Source of the DNA: Eledone cirrhosa
Lineage: Eukaryota
Direction: 5' to 3'
Assembly: GCA_964016885.1 (NCBI GenBank)
Contig: OZ024745.1
Coordinates: forward strand, 71,920,001-71,984,000
Length of the DNA: 64,000 nt
Shown here: positions 30,738-44,188 of the stretch, piece after piece
Layout: each line of letters opens with the position of its first letter
Position numbering within the stretch: the first letter of the stretch is position 1
The notes under the pieces: model-generated
Database searches by the model: none
What the model was told of the DNA's origin: nothing
The model's input: only the letters and a program-made list of their open reading frames with translations
Translations under genes and position numbers: made by a program

Positions 30738-31008
30738 CTAATCAAAATATTTATACCTTTCACTTAAGGTATTTAAATTGGGATAACGACGTCGAAGATT
30801 CGAAATCAGTATGTTAACTTTACTGTAGCAATCATTGAAAGCAGATGGACTGTAATATTCCTTCGATATGATCAATTCAGAAATTTCTTTCACACTTGGA
30901 ATGTTCTGTAGCCATAAACATAAGCTCAATAATGATGGTTTTATCTGAGATAATTGGTAATCTTGGAGAGAAAGTTCTAGTACCAGGCGGCATAGAGCTA
31001 ACGAATTT
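30738..31008 (-). CDS. Cyclin O-like protein, coding exon 5 (last, includes stop)
   Basis: AG acceptor at 31010-31009, phase 2; NSLALCRLVLELSLQDYQLSQIKPSLLSLC...YKYFD*. Confidence 0.85.
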
Positions 31009-31348
31009 CTGTAAAAGAAAAACATTAAAAAATAAATAAGCTTAGGACAATTTAGTATGTTTTAATAAATCTCCGAATAGTATGTAATATGAAAACGAAC
31101 ACATTGTAATATGAAAACGAAAGTCGAGTAAATACTTAAAAGAAAGAAAACACTACGCATAGGTTTTTAATTGTGATGACAGATGTGGCAGACTTCTTTT
31201 GTGCGATCTCTTTCAAATCTGCATAATTGACTATTCAATCTACATTTAATGATGGGACGTGGTTTTGCATTTTTCGTAAATACATTTAACTAGTTAATAA
31301 TTAACTATTAAAAAAATTAGTGCAAATGACTTTCAAAAAGAGACTTAC

Positions 31349-31554
31349 TTCAGATCTTTTGTATGATTCGAGTCAGCGTTCTGTATGCAAACATTCGCAT
31401 AGTATTCCAGAAAGTACAGAGACGTTGGATGAGAAAGATTGAAGGATATGGTTTTCAAAATGATACGCTCAAATGTTTTCATTAATGTACGATAACTCTT
31501 CTTGGCATCAATTTCTTCAATTAGTTCATCGATATCTGGTGGAATTACTTCTTC
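31349..31554 (-). CDS. Cyclin O-like protein, coding exon 4 (not in ORF track)
   Basis: tttag|EEVIPPDIDELI..FERIILKTISFNLSHPTSLYFLEYYA..KDL|gtaagt; 206 nt, phase 0 to 2, fits both neighbouring exons. Confidence 0.9.
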
Positions 31555-32089
31555 CTAAAATATACATACATATATATGTATCATTTATATGAGGCTGTTT
31601 ACCTATGTATGTTATACACACACACAAAATATAAATGTGCGCGCGCGCGAGTGTGTGCGTATGCGTGTATACACACACACAAAGTATAAATGTGCGCGCG
31701 CGCGAGTGTGTGCGTGTATACACACGCACATTTAATCTTTACTAAATATCTTTTCTAAATATCTTTAAAGCTATTTCATCTACAACTGTCTTCTATCCAA
31801 GTTTGGTAACCTATTCACAAGTTTCACAAAAGATTTGCAGAAGAAATAATATTTACCTTGTAACATTTATTTTCTTTAATCAGAAATGGTTAAATCTAAT
31901 TGAACCATATATATTTTGGACACAGGGAGGGGAAAGTCAACTCCAGTGTATGACTTGTACTTCATCAACCCCGAAAGGAAGAAAGGTAAACGTGAACTCG
32001 ACGAGATTTGAACGCAGATCGTAAAGAGCCGTAAATAAACGCTGCAACGCATTTTGGTCAACACCCTAATGATTATGCCAATGGAAAGA

Positions 32090-32390
32090 CTCGTGAACAA
32101 CCATGGGTAAAGAGTGATTATCTTGTATTCAATCCTACAACTTTGAAATTCTGAGCCTGAGCTTTATTTATGGTCATAGCAAAACTGGCTCTAACAGGGA
32201 ACTGAAGTCTTGAGAATTTGAATGGGAGTTCGGAAGAGGATGGGATAAGAGGAATCTTGAGAATAAATGCATTTCTCCTTGATGATTGCCTCAACGGGAT
32301 GGTTCATCTTCCGCCTGACTAAAGCGTGTGCCATTGCATAGACGTGGCTGGACCACGTTTCTCAAAAGGATGATGAAGTTCCAATCTTTT
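32090..32390 (-). pseudogene. Helitron PIF1-like helicase fragment in cyclin intron 3
   Basis: CNGTR..IPLIPSSSELPFKFSRLQFPVRASFAMTINKAQAQ..VVGL..FTHG..SRV. Confidence 0.85.
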
Positions 32391-32419
32391 ATATTATATA
32401 TAAATAATTATATATAAAT

Positions 32420-32687
32420 ATGCGTCCGTGCCAACCAGCGTTTTAATTGAAGATGCTGGTCGCGAAACACGATCATCACTGACAACGAACGCGCAGAGAG
32501 AATCCCGTATGGTTGATTCCTAGCCTGCTAGGATGTTTTTCTTTGATTTTATAAAATTAGTATTAATAAACCTTCCTCGGTATACCTTTATTCCATTGCT
32601 GTACTTAATTTTCGATTGTCAATTTTTCTTTTTGTGTGATGCGTGAAGGAACCAACCAACAAACATCTCTTTTATATTATGTATAGA
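32420..32687 (-). mobile_element. Probable short non-autonomous Helitron
   Basis: Minus strand begins A|TCTATACATAATATAAAAG; the 3' end is unclear. Confidence 0.45.
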
Positions 32688-32689
32688 TA

Positions 32690-33705
32690 ACATATATTGA
32701 CAGAGTAGAAAAGAATAAGTTACATATATTGAGAGAGGGGAAGCGAGTAAGTTATATTGTGAGAGGGGGAAAGAGTAAATTAGATAAATTGGAGAGGGGG
32801 AAGAGAATAGGTTATGTATATTGAGAGAGAGGGTGAGAGCTATTGAGGGAGGCGAAAGAGTGAGTTATATATATTGAGAGAAAGGGAGAGAGTAAGTTAG
32901 ATATATGGAGAGAGGAAGAGAATTAATTACATATATTGAGAGAGGGGGAAGAGAATCAGTTACATATATTGATAGAGGGGATAGAATAAGTTACATATAT
33001 TGAGAGAGGGGGAAGAGAGTAAGTTATGTATATTGGAAGAAAGGGAGAGACTTTATATAGAGGGAGGGGGAGAGAATTACATATATATAGAGAGGGGAAA
33101 GAGAGTAAGTTATCTATATTGAGAGAGATGGAAAATGTAAGTTAGATATATTGATAGAGGGGAGAGAAGTTAGATATATTGATAGAGGGGAGAGAAGTTA
33201 CATATATTGAGAGAGGGTGAAGAGAGGCAGTTGTGTAATTTCCCCCTCTTAATATATCTAACTTACTCGCTCCCCCCCCTCACTATATGTAACTTGTTCT
33301 CTTCCCCTCTCTCAATGTACATAACTTTCTTCACCCTCTCTAAATATATATAACTTACTCTTTCTCCTCACTATATATGGCTTGCTCTCTTACCCTTCTT
33401 TCAATGTATGTAACACGCTCTTTTCTTCCTCTCAGTATATGTAACTTTCTTCTTCCTTCCTCTCTATATGTAGATTCCTCTCTTATCCCTCTTTCAATGT
33501 ACGTAATTCGCTCTCTCCTTTTCTCTCACTATATGTAACTTTCTCTCGTCCTCCTCTCTCAATATACATAACTTACCCTTTTACCCCTCCCTTACTATAT
33601 TCATAACTTTCTTCTCCCTCTCTCACTATATGTATATATAATGGTCTTTTCTCTCTCACAATACATAACTTGCTCGCTTCCCCCTCTCTCACTGTCTGCA
33701 ACTTA
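32690..33705. repeat. Fold-back minisatellite (~30-35-bp unit) in cyclin intron 3
   Basis: GAGAGGGGGAAGAGAGTAAGTTACATATATT-like units to ~33230, then complementary units to ~33705. Confidence 0.85.
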
Positions 33706-33933
33706 CCCCCCCCCCCCCCCCCCCATCGACCATAACCTCTAAGTAGTTATAAGCACGATAAACTTTTGAAATGATAATGTAAGACTGTAATGATAAAGAC
33801 GAAAGTCCCTGCACAGAGAGGGATATAAGCTCCATAATGTTTCTAAGTTAATCCATGTAAAGTAATTCTGTAGTATTGCAATGATTGCACTCATTATTAG
33901 TTAAACTAACAACATAAAAGATAAAAATCTTAC

Positions 33934-34119
33934 ATATTTTGAAGCAATCAATAAGGAGGCAAGGCCAAACATCTGGAGACTTTCTGTTTCCACGTCCATA
34001 AAAGAAACAAATCGGTCAATTATGTTGACAGTCTTGAAAAGAGTCTCTTGACACAAATAATGTCTATGATGAACATCTGTGATCCATTTTACTAACACAA
34101 GGCGAAGAACTTCATTCAT
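33934..34119 (-). CDS. Cyclin O-like protein, coding exon 3 (cyclin box)
   Basis: cag|MNEVLRLVLVKWITDV..QETLFKTVNIIDRF..LQMFGLASLLIASKY|gtaag. Confidence 0.95.
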
Positions 34120-35232
34120 CTGGGAAAAGTAAAAATTTGACAAAAACTACGTAAAACTAATATGACGCAGGTTCCAGCATTTTAAAATGTTTATTTTATC
34201 ATTTAATTGATACAAAGAAAGCAACTAATAAGAGTAACTATTTGTCAACAAATGAGTGCAGTACTCAGTATTCATAAAATATTCATGCAAAAATAGTTCT
34301 TAAGAAATAATCAGAAATGGCGAGTAAGAAACACTATATGATTTAAATAGTTTTAATCTTAATTTATTAAATTTTGATTTGATTTTTTTCTGGCCCACAG
34401 AAGGCGAGCAGCGCCCATGAACCCTCCAGGGGCTCTGAAACGGCTGAAAGGAAGGGAAAATTATTTTCAAGCGGTGGACCAGGCTTGAATGTTTGCAGCA
34501 GTTTGTACTTTGCTCAAGGTGACCAAATAACAGATGGTGGTCTCAAACCACTGATGGGTTTCCATACGTTTTCCGTCTAACAAGTTTCATTCATAAAACT
34601 TTCGTTGTAATGAAGCTATTGTAAAAATCAAAACACATAAAATGCCGCTCAGTAGGGTCGAACCCCAAATCCTATACTTGCGAATAGAACTTCTTTATGA
34701 CATATTCATTTCCATACCCCACTTTATTTTGACTGAATTATTGCCACTTTCTTAGGAACAGAGTGGCGCGTATCTCTAATCCGATATCTAATGAAAATAT
34801 TGTCGATGCAAGTATTACACCGAGCAGTTACACCGTCTTAAACAATTGTCTTTGATGTAAGTAATACTGCAGATTCTATGCTTATATCTCTTTGGTTTGA
34901 TTATAAGTAACTGAAGAATCGTTCATCTGATTCGGTTATGAACACCCAGTCGTTCACTCAAATGGACGTCCCACTGATTAATTAACGTGTAAGTGGTTGA
35001 TTATTTCATAGTCCTGTGTACTCTTAACGTAATTTTCTGGGAGAAGCAATATGTATTAAGGCCGGACCTCTAAATCAGGTGCAATCGATTCAACGAAATT
35101 CCAAACAATTTCCGTCTACCGGATTTCATTCACAGGGTTTGTATAAACTGGGGGTTATGATTTACAGTTCTAGTTTCGTGACTAAAATCTAGGAGATTTG
35201 TAAAATACATTTTAAGTACAGGAAGAACTTAC

Positions 35233-35619
35233 CTGGGTCTGATGTTGAAGGAATCGTAAAGGTAAATGAATTTCTTCAATTAACAACCTATAACGAAATG
35301 TATCGTCTTTATACGTATCAATTTCATCAAAATCTAAGTCGTCTTCTTGTATTAACAATCGCATCTGCCGTCTAGAATATTGAAGTGATTTAGGTGATTC
35401 AGTCGCTGTTTGATGCGCTGGTGTAATACTAGGTGATACAATTTCAGGATAAACTGTTGCTGAGGCGAACTCTGAAATCAAATCAAGCTTGGGATGACAT
35501 GCTTTCTCATAATTATGATCATGCTGGATTATATGTTGTTTTACATTAGCTGCATATTTGCCTTTTAGTTCCCTCTCCGCTGAAAGGTTCGAAAACGATC
35601 GTGTGTTGCTTCTTTTACC
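35233..35619 (-). CDS. Cyclin O-like protein, coding exon 2
   Basis: tttag|GKRSNTRSF...DTYKDDTFRYRLLIEEIHLPLRFLQHQTQ|gtaag; 387 nt open, phase 0 at both ends. Confidence 0.85.
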
Positions 35620-36597
35620 CTAAAAAATAAATAAACATATTCAATGATAAAACAACTTTAAAAACAAATCAAATTGATAGGATGTTTCGACTTATGTATC
35701 GAAAAGAATGTTTCTAATCCTTTTATTGATGTTTCATTTGAAAATTAAACTGTTCAGATGTGTATTTAGATAACACTAAAATTATTAGATAATAGAAATT
35801 ACTTATTAGAAATTACTTATATATTGATTAAAGCAATTATTCTGGAATAGACAATAACAGCATTACTTTTTTAAAAACCATTCCACGTGAACTATATTTC
35901 TTTGGAAACCTCAATGGAAAACTTAATTTGATTAAAACAAGATTTAGCTATTATTAATGAGTACTGGGAATTAAAAATGCAGCTTAGTTCATTTGAAACA
36001 AATTTCAGGATGTCATAGTGAATTTAATTCCAAGCACTCATATTATCATTTTACTATAAATTTGATGACTGAATATTCATTTAACCTATATAGCTGCTTT
36101 GAAACTTAAAGGAAAATGTATTTTTAGAAAAAAATATTTATACACAGACATTTGGGCGTTAGCTGTCTTATTCAAAGTGTCAGAATTATGAGGGCTTCTT
36201 CAAATAATATTTCCGATTTTCCTTTCTCAAAAGTAAAAACAAAACAAAAAATGTGATTTAGCCGGTCACGTATTTATTAATACAAATCAAATTATGACTC
36301 ACGACAAAAACTCACACCCCCAAAGCAGCAAATTACAAAAATAAACAAAGAAAAATACGAATTTTGGAACTCCTAAAAATCATTTTTTTTTGTAAATAAC
36401 ATCAACTCGATATATTTGAATATACAAAGGCATATTTCATGTTTCCAATAAGCTGGGAAGAGTCACCGTTTTGATGAAAGGACATCATTCTAGTAAAACA
36501 TTGCTGTGAACATAAAAAAATGTTAATCTTATCAAGAAGAAAAAAAAAAAAACTATATCCCTCAAATGTAAAAAATAAATTATATATTGTAAAATAC

Positions 36598-36651
36598 CTT
36601 ATGGGTCTCCGCGTCTTCTGTTAATTCATCTCGCTTTCTTTTCTTCCCCAT
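36598..36651 (-). CDS. Cyclin O-like protein, probable first coding exon
   Basis: MGKKRKRDELTEDAETHK|gtatt with a basic NLS-like motif. The five exons total 1104 nt = 367 aa plus stop. Confidence 0.7.
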
Positions 36652-37212
36652 TAGTTTCTTTATTTCTAGAAATAAGTAACTGTTATGTTCCAAACATTTC
36701 TTTTTTGAAACATTCCTGCGAAGAATTTGTAACACACATGTCTTTAATTGCAAAACAACTATGCAAATATTTTTACGTTTTCATAATTTAGGCAGTAGAA
36801 AATTGACTGCCATGGTAGAGCTAAATCGTCGACCAGTCCAATATAACTAATATTTCATGCATTACTTTTCGTATTCGGTTATATTGGTCACCGAAACAAA
36901 AGATATTTAAATTTTGAATATTTCATTATTTTTTTTTTGAAAGTGAAACATTAACTGTTCGATATAATCCCACTGTTATTTTTATGACAGAAAACATGTA
37001 AAATAAAATCGCATCTTATTGCTTCTCATCTCAAGTAGCTTGGCAAAAGTTCACCACATTGACATCATTCTTGTTGCGTTCAACGTTCAAGTATTTTCTA
37101 AATGAATTATTGATGTTAATAGAGTGCAATGGCTTACACAATAGAAGAAGAATCGTAGGTTTGATCTACCGTGAACTTGTCCTATACTAGTGTTACATCG
37201 ATACATTGATAA

Positions 37213-37427
37213 TGGTTTCTGATTCAAGCCCAAGGCCAATAATTTTTTGGGAAAGGGAAAGTCGATTAAATCGACCCCAGTGCATTACTGGTACTTTATT
37301 TTATCGATCCCGTAAGGATGAAAAGCAAAGATAACCTCGGCGGGATTTGAACTCAAAACGTAAATAGCTGGAACAAATACTGCATAGCATTTTTCCTCCG
37401 CTCTAATAGTTGGTAATCCACCGCCCT
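37213..37427 (-). mobile_element. SINE family A, near full length
   Basis: Reverse complement of the 41188/61596 copies. Confidence 0.8.
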
Positions 37428-37619
37428 TACTTGAGACATTAATGATAAATGGTAATCAACTCTCTGATCAATGGTAAATCAAAATATTAAGCTGCTATCT
37501 AACACTAAGTATTTCGTTCGTTAGACCTTACAATTTAAGGGAGGAGTATATGGAAAACGTAGGCTTCCATACTTTTCTTGTGGTATATGAAGCAAGTAAA
37601 ATTGAAGAGTAAATACACA

Positions 37620-37875
37620 ATCTTTGTTAGAGAGCAGATGTTAAAAATATAAAACAGTCGTTATTAGAGGGCAGAAGTTACAAATTTAAGACAATCGCTG
37701 TAAGAGAGCAGAAGTTAAAAAATGTAACACAACCAAGAATCATTGTAGGAAGGTAGAAATTAAAAAAGATAGGACGAAATCGTTTTCAGAGGGCAAAAGT
37801 TAAAAAAGATAAATTAGTTGTTGTTTGAGGGCAAAAGTTCAAAGGATAGGATACATCCAAGAATCATTGTTAGAG
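37620..37875 (+). repeat. Degenerate ~35-40-bp minisatellite
   Basis: Repeated TYGTTRTTAGAGRGCAGAAGTTAAAAA. Confidence 0.7.
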
Positions 37876-38659
37876 AAAGATTACACCAGAAAACAACGTT
37901 CCACTGTAAGACATTTCTTAGACTATTGAAAACTAACAGACAACGAGAAGGCTTCTATGGCGTCACTTAATCTGCTAGAAATAGTATCCTCAAATCACAC
38001 CCGACCGACTTAAAAAAGAAAAGACAAGCGGGACAAAGCTGGAACGTCTTTGATAAACTATCTATTTGTAAGCCCTTTCATGTGGAGCTATCACATTACT
38101 TACATTATAAAAGTGGAAGAGAAATATAGATTACACAGTATTTATTATTGATTATGCGTTTCTGCTTCAAGTCAATAATTATTTTTATTTTCAAATTATA
38201 TATATCTAATTTTGGAAGACTCAAACATCATGCAAATGTTACTTCATGGTTTCGGCAGATAGAATAGCAATCCAGGTTGCAGTAAGTTGGGAGGTGCATC
38301 TCTCGGAATCCGAGAGATGCGGTGTTCGATTCCTCACAACCTTGTAAGAATCAAGGTGTACTTTACCTGATTTTTTTCAACCATTATTTATAGTGATTGA
38401 CTATTAGTATAGCTATCTACGTTAGGACGACTACATTTCAAACTTTCCTAATATTTTTATGTCAACCAGATATTTAATTATTATATATTATTCATGACTT
38501 CAATCAGGCATTTATAGGTGAGCAGGCCGTTACGTTGATCGAACAACTGGAACGCTTAACATACTGCCGTACAGTATGTACTATTGATGTTGATTCCAAT
38601 CGCAGACCCGTCTGACGGAGAGAAAAAACGCTTTTTTACCTGTTGATAACAGTTTGCTG

Positions 38660-39330
38660 GTTTTATTAGTTTTCTCGCGTATTTAGTTTTGTGGAGTGTG
38701 TGTATAGGCTTAGTTCACTTTTTAAGGGTTAATTAGCCTATACTTCAACATATTGTTGAAATTGTCTTCCTGGTGTTTAAATGTATGGTGTGACTACTCA
38801 GTTGGTATTGTTGTGTATAAAGAGTTTTGTTGCTAATTATTTTCCTTGTGTATTGACATCTTTGTTATCGTTATTGTGAAATTGTTTGAAAGTTTTTATG
38901 TTATCGTATAATAAGTATTCTAATTTCTTACTCTCATCGTATAAACGATTATTTTGTCCGCAAATACGAACATTTTCTTGAAGGGGTGTATTGCATTTAT
39001 ATCCTCCTTCTGTTGGAATCTGTTGGGTGTGTGTTCGGAATTTTAAGTGTTTTAGAATTGTAAGTGTTTTATTGTTATGTTTAGAGCGTCATATTAAGAC
39101 CTATATTCGTTATTGCATTGTAATAGACATTTGCTAGATCTGCATGCTATAATTTTGAGGGTCTTTGTACTTGGACTTTTCGTTATTGTAGGTGAAGGCG
39201 TTTCTCACATGCATTTCATTACTCTTTCAACTTTCATGGTGCGAGGCTTGGTATTTACTTTTATTTGTGTTATGCGGATGTTCTTAACTGAATTAATTTT
39301 TCTTTTTCTTTAGGGCGTTAAAGAACGTTG
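38660..39330 (-). pseudogene. Highly decayed PLE linker/GIY-YIG remnant
   Basis: Only fragmentary motifs (..NI...KHNNK.L, CN..C...IVY, AY...EK) in PLE order. Confidence 0.4.
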
Positions 39331-40206
39331 GGAACGTTAGTATTCGTTGACATCAGTTCACAAGGAAAACAAATTTGGTTTTTAATAAATGTATTAACAA
39401 ATGACGCAATGAGGTATTCTTGTTTAGCATCCGCATTCAATTTTCTTCTCGACCAGTAGTAAATGCTTTGTAAAAATCAATTTAATATAATATTCTAAAC
39501 TCTACCAACATTCTCGTTTTGATATTTTCTTAGATAAATCCGGCGTTGTTCTTTAGATTAAAGGAAATACGACAACTTTTCATTTCCAGCTGTTATATTC
39601 CAGTGTTGACATAAAATGCGGTTAAAATGAAATTTATAAGATCAAGGAATAGAAAGTAAGGAGAAAAAGAAAGATATAGAGAAATAGAAGAATGGTAGAG
39701 AAGTGGAGTAAAAGGAAAATATCAAAGAAAAGTATGTTTTACAGGGATTATGAACTATATTGGTTTAAAATTATAATAATGTGTTTCATATGTTCCTACA
39801 TATGAAACACATTATTATAATTTTAAACCAATATAGTGAGACTTTCACTGAAAAAGAACTCAATACATGCACGCAGTATATGATATTTATCATTACATAG
39901 AAAACAATGGTTGACCGTTCCTTTAAAGTTTTGCCGACTAACCGGTGGGTCTTTGGTGTATATATATATATATATATTTAGAAACGTAGAACATCTCGAA
40001 CGTAGGAAAAACGCTGTGAACACAGCATAGAAAATCGGGTAAATTTCCCCTCTACACGGAAAAAGTAGTAAACAGCCGCTACAGAGAATCCAAGTCGGTA
40101 CCTCTCAAATTTCAGCTGAGTATATATATATATTAAGTATAAACCGAAGTTGTAGCTGCCGTACAGTATGTACTATTCGATTTGTTTGGTACATATATAT
40201 ATATAT

Positions 40207-40335
40207 GTACCAGGGTGCTGAAAAGTTCCTGGCTTAAAGGTATAACGAAAGGGTAGAGCTGTTATGTTTAAAGGGGAGGTAGGACCGTTGAAATAAGTGT
40301 GTGAATCCGAGAGGGGAATATGTTAAATAAAATCG
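40207..40335 (+). mobile_element. Mariner-derived deletion remnant
   Basis: TIR-like AGGGTGCTGAAAAGTTCC and a 3' AAGTGTGTGAATCCGAGAGGGGAATATGTT (KCV..RGEYV-like). Confidence 0.5.
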
Positions 40336-40535
40336 TGTTGTCCGATGCCCTGTAGGTACTACCATGTATATGCTATTTAACCTGCTAAAACCCATGATAC
40401 GTACGACAAGTGAAAATTACTGTTGTAAAAAAAAAATTGAAGTCTTAGGTTCAATGATGTATTGTATTTCTCTGTCCCTTTTATATACACACGAACGAAC
40501 ACACACACCTCTCTTTCTCTCTCTATATATATAAA

Positions 40536-40685
40536 CAGATCTGTCAACTTTCCCCATCCAACGGGGAGATCTCTTCTCTAGTGAAATTGGGTGTAGCTTT
40601 CTTTATGTAAAATCTCCCCATCTTGCCTCATTTCTCTCCGTTTTAGGGAACTTTTCTATGGTACTCCCCGTTTGGGTTTTTAGAT
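40536..40685 (+). mobile_element. MITE-like element (3' TIR lost)
   Basis: Homologous to 5089 and 46703. Confidence 0.65.
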
Positions 40686-41187
40686 ACATACACATACACA
40701 CAAACATATTTTTTTACAAAATGTCTGTCCCATATATGATTTAAGTAGGATGTACTTTCTGCTTTTATTTCTTTCTTTATATTATTCGTTATTCCTTTCT
40801 GTACTGTTTTTCGCTTCCATCTTTCACAATAGATTTCCTTTTAACATTCTTTTCACTACATTTTTCCTTCGTGTTTTAATCTATTTATTTGTATAATAAC
40901 GGATCTACATAAAGAAATTGTGGTCACGAGACATATTTATGTCTAATTAACTGCGCATTAAGTAAATAGAACGAAACATGATAATCTTACATGACAAGAT
41001 GTTGGTGGAGCAGTTTTAGACATATCGTTAAGATATAAACTATATAAACATTGTCAAGAGTTATGAATTTTAATTTCTACTTAAGATAAAAGAACTGCTA
41101 TTATCGTATGGGCGCAACTATATCTTTTTGCTGAATACGATAGTTGAATTTCTTGATTTTCTTTGTGTTTATTATCTTGATACAACA

Positions 41188-41620
41188 GGGTGGTGGATTG
41201 GCAGTATCGGTAGAACGTCGGACCACATGCTCAGCGGCATAGCGTTACGGCCCTTTATGTTCTGAATTCAAATCCCGCCGAGGTTAACTTTGCCTTTCAA
41301 CTTTATGGCGTCGATAAAATAAAGTACCAGTCACGCACTGGGGTCAGTTTAATCGAATTCCCCCTCCCTTAAAATTGCTGGCCTTGTGCCTGAATCAGAA
41401 ACCATTAAGGGCGGTGAATTGGCAGAATCGGTAGAGCGTCGGACACCCTGCTTCACGGCATAGAGTTACGGCCGTTTACATTCTGAGTTCAAATCCCACC
41501 GAGGTTAGCTTTGTCTTTCATCCTTACGGGGTTGATAAAATAAAATACCAGTCACGTGCTGGGGTTGATTTAATCGAGTTTCTCCTCTCAAATTGCTGAC
41601 CTTGTACCTATATTTTGATA
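41188..41620 (+). mobile_element. Head-to-tail pair of SINE family A
   Basis: Each copy has an A-box-like TGGCAG.ATCGGTAGA and a B box (GARTTCAAATCC). Confidence 0.85.
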
Positions 41621-42858
41621 CAACTTTGGGGAGTATTCTGCTCCTACTCATTGAAATATGACATGGCACATTGTAATATTTATGAGATATCATGTACTTG
41701 TCGAGAAAATTAGAATTTCGCTAAAGATAGAGATAAATTAACAAAGGTAACATCAAGACAGCTGGAGATTGTTTGTATTGATATAATGATAAAATATCAA
41801 CCAAAGATGTCTAAGGCTGAAACACGTTTAGGGGTTTTACGTAGTCGATCTCTTGAACTTTTACGAAATGCTGAAGGGATAAAGTTAATTTAAAGAGTGT
41901 CGATGGCAACTTCTTTTTCCGTCTGTAGAGGTCTCCAACCTATTTTATAAGCTATTTTATTGCATCTACTCGCGTGAGGACACCACTCTTTATGTCCAGG
42001 GTTGTTTCCCGCACCTGCGTAAATAATGGTTTCTAATTTAGGCACAATGCCTACAATTTGTAGGGAAAGAGAAGTTGATTACATCGGCCCCATTACTGAC
42101 TGGCATTTTATTTTATCGACCAGGGAATGGTGAAAACGAAAGTTGACATCTAGGGAGATTTGAACTCAATGTAGAAAGTCAACTAAATACCAGAATGCAC
42201 TCTGTCCGACGAATCTAACAATTGTACCTTCCACAATAATAAACATAATATTAGGTATTGATTAAAATTATCTTGACCGCATAACTATTTCTAATTAGTT
42301 TTTAATGTCTACCGTGTGAAATATAGTAATACTAACTTGGTACTAACTTACCATATAATTCATTCAACTGAGCAATAAATAGCTATCACAGATTTAAAAT
42401 ATTTTCAACTGTAAGTAGCAGCAATAAAAACCGTCGAATAGACTTTGTTCACAGTTGTATAAATAACATTACAAATATTGATAAAAATAAGAAAAAAGAA
42501 AGATAAAATCAAAACCAAGCAACGAAGAGAGCGGGAAGGAGTAAAGAAGGGCAGATCTGGCTGTAAAGAAAGTAACGAAAAGAGCTATACATGCCATAAA
42601 TGAGAGAAAAGGGAGGGGAAAAGGCAAGGACTATGAGGTCACGGAAGAAAGGTGGGGGGGGGGGGGGAGAGTAATAGGCTCTATGCCAAGGGAGGGGCGG
42701 TGTTTCGCTCGCGCCCTGCGGACAATCTCCTATATTTTGAAGAAAGATGAACACAACCAAGACCAATTACACAGACTCGGCAATTTTAGTGGCGTCCTCA
42801 ATATTAATTGTGTTATTGAATTTACCATACAACACAAAATATATTGCAATAAAAACCT

Positions 42859-42916
<58 letters not shown>

Positions 42917-42919
42917 AAG

Positions 42920-43131
42920 AAGGCGTGTGGCTGAGTGGTTAGGGAATTGGATTCGCAATCGTAAGGTTGTGAGTTCGATTCCTGGACCAGGCGATGCGTT
43001 ATGTCCTTGAGCAAGACACTTTATTTCACGTTGCTCCTTCTACCTGGAGTTGCGACCGATAGATAGTATTAGCAATTGGAAAGACCAACGGAAACATTGT
43101 TCCCTCGGTCCGATTTGACGAAAGTCGATCG
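42920..43131 (+). mobile_element. tRNA-derived SINE family B
   Basis: GTGGCTGAGTGGTTA..GAGTTCGATTCC..TGTCCTTGAGCAAGACACTT; near-identical copy at 62377. Confidence 0.85.
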
Positions 43132-43584
43132 TTCCTTAAAAAATATATATAAAATGTATACATACATATATACATGTATGTATGTGTGTATGTATAAATG
43201 TATGTATATATGTATATTATCTCTCTCTCTCTATATATATATACCTAATATATTTTGCCTGGTGGTGCTATTAAGTTAGACATGGCCTAGGCCAATACTG
43301 ACCGAAACCTATCAAAGTTATCAAAGATATATATAATATATATATAAAGGAAGGTGTAAATCCGACCGCGACGCCGAGCTGTTTCGGCTTGTATGTAGCA
43401 AGCCTTACCGTGGGTACCTTTGAGAAGGTTTACTACATAGAAACCGAAACTGCTAGCCAACACAGTCGGGTTTATACCTTCAGTTATATCCATTCTGCTC
43501 CATCCTATGTCTAGAGTACTACCCTGATTTGTGGTCTCCTCGGTCTTGACATCAGAACCCCCCCCTCTCTCTCTATATATATAC

Positions 43585-43621
<37 letters not shown>

Positions 43622-43629
43622 TGAAAAAG

Positions 43630-43745
43630 ATTCAGGACCCCGACGGCTGAGCTCCGGCTGTCTCGACAATTAGATCCCACTCTACTAGCCCAAGTATCGA
43701 GTACTCTGGTGCGTTATGGCCCACCTGGTATCACCACACCCTCTT
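43630..43745 (+). mobile_element. Fold-back short element, internally deleted copy
   Basis: GGACCCCGACGGCTGAGCTC..CCCACTCTACTAG..TATCGAGTACT..GGTGCGTTATGG. Confidence 0.65.
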
Positions 43746-43752
43746 TGTGTAC

Positions 43753-43800
<48 letters not shown>

Positions 43801-44129
43801 ACCCATGCACCTCTCTATCTATCTGTCAGACCTCCTGTCTGTTTCAATGTCAAGCTATAGTTATCTATTTATGTATATAAACCAATATATGTATACGCAT
43901 ACATAAATACACGCACACACATGTATATACCTAATCTATATACCTCTATATATAATTATATATATATATATATCTATATATATATATACATACATATGTG
44001 TGTGTGTCTATATATGTGTGTGTGTATGTTTAGGAAACAACACAAACAATCAGCCCGACACATATCAATAAATTAAAACAGCAAAACTATTTTTTATGTA
44101 TTTTTCATGCTTTTTCTTTTCAACTAATA

Positions 44130-44188
44130 GCTGTCTGATGAGGTCATAAATGTTGTATAACAGCTATTATCGAAATATATATCACAGC
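44130..44188 (+). ncRNA. Type I hammerhead ribozyme
   Basis: GCTGT CTGATGA GGTCATAAATGTT-GTAT-AACAGCTATTATC GAAA TATATA TC ACAGC. Confidence 0.8.

Noticed and set aside
26700-40000. miR-34/449-like hairpin or CDC20B/MCIDAS neighbours of the cyclin O-like gene
   Set aside because: No matching seed hairpin or exons seen by eye.
42920-42992. tRNA gene
   Set aside because: Continues into a SINE body that is duplicated at 62377, and the cloverleaf is imperfect.
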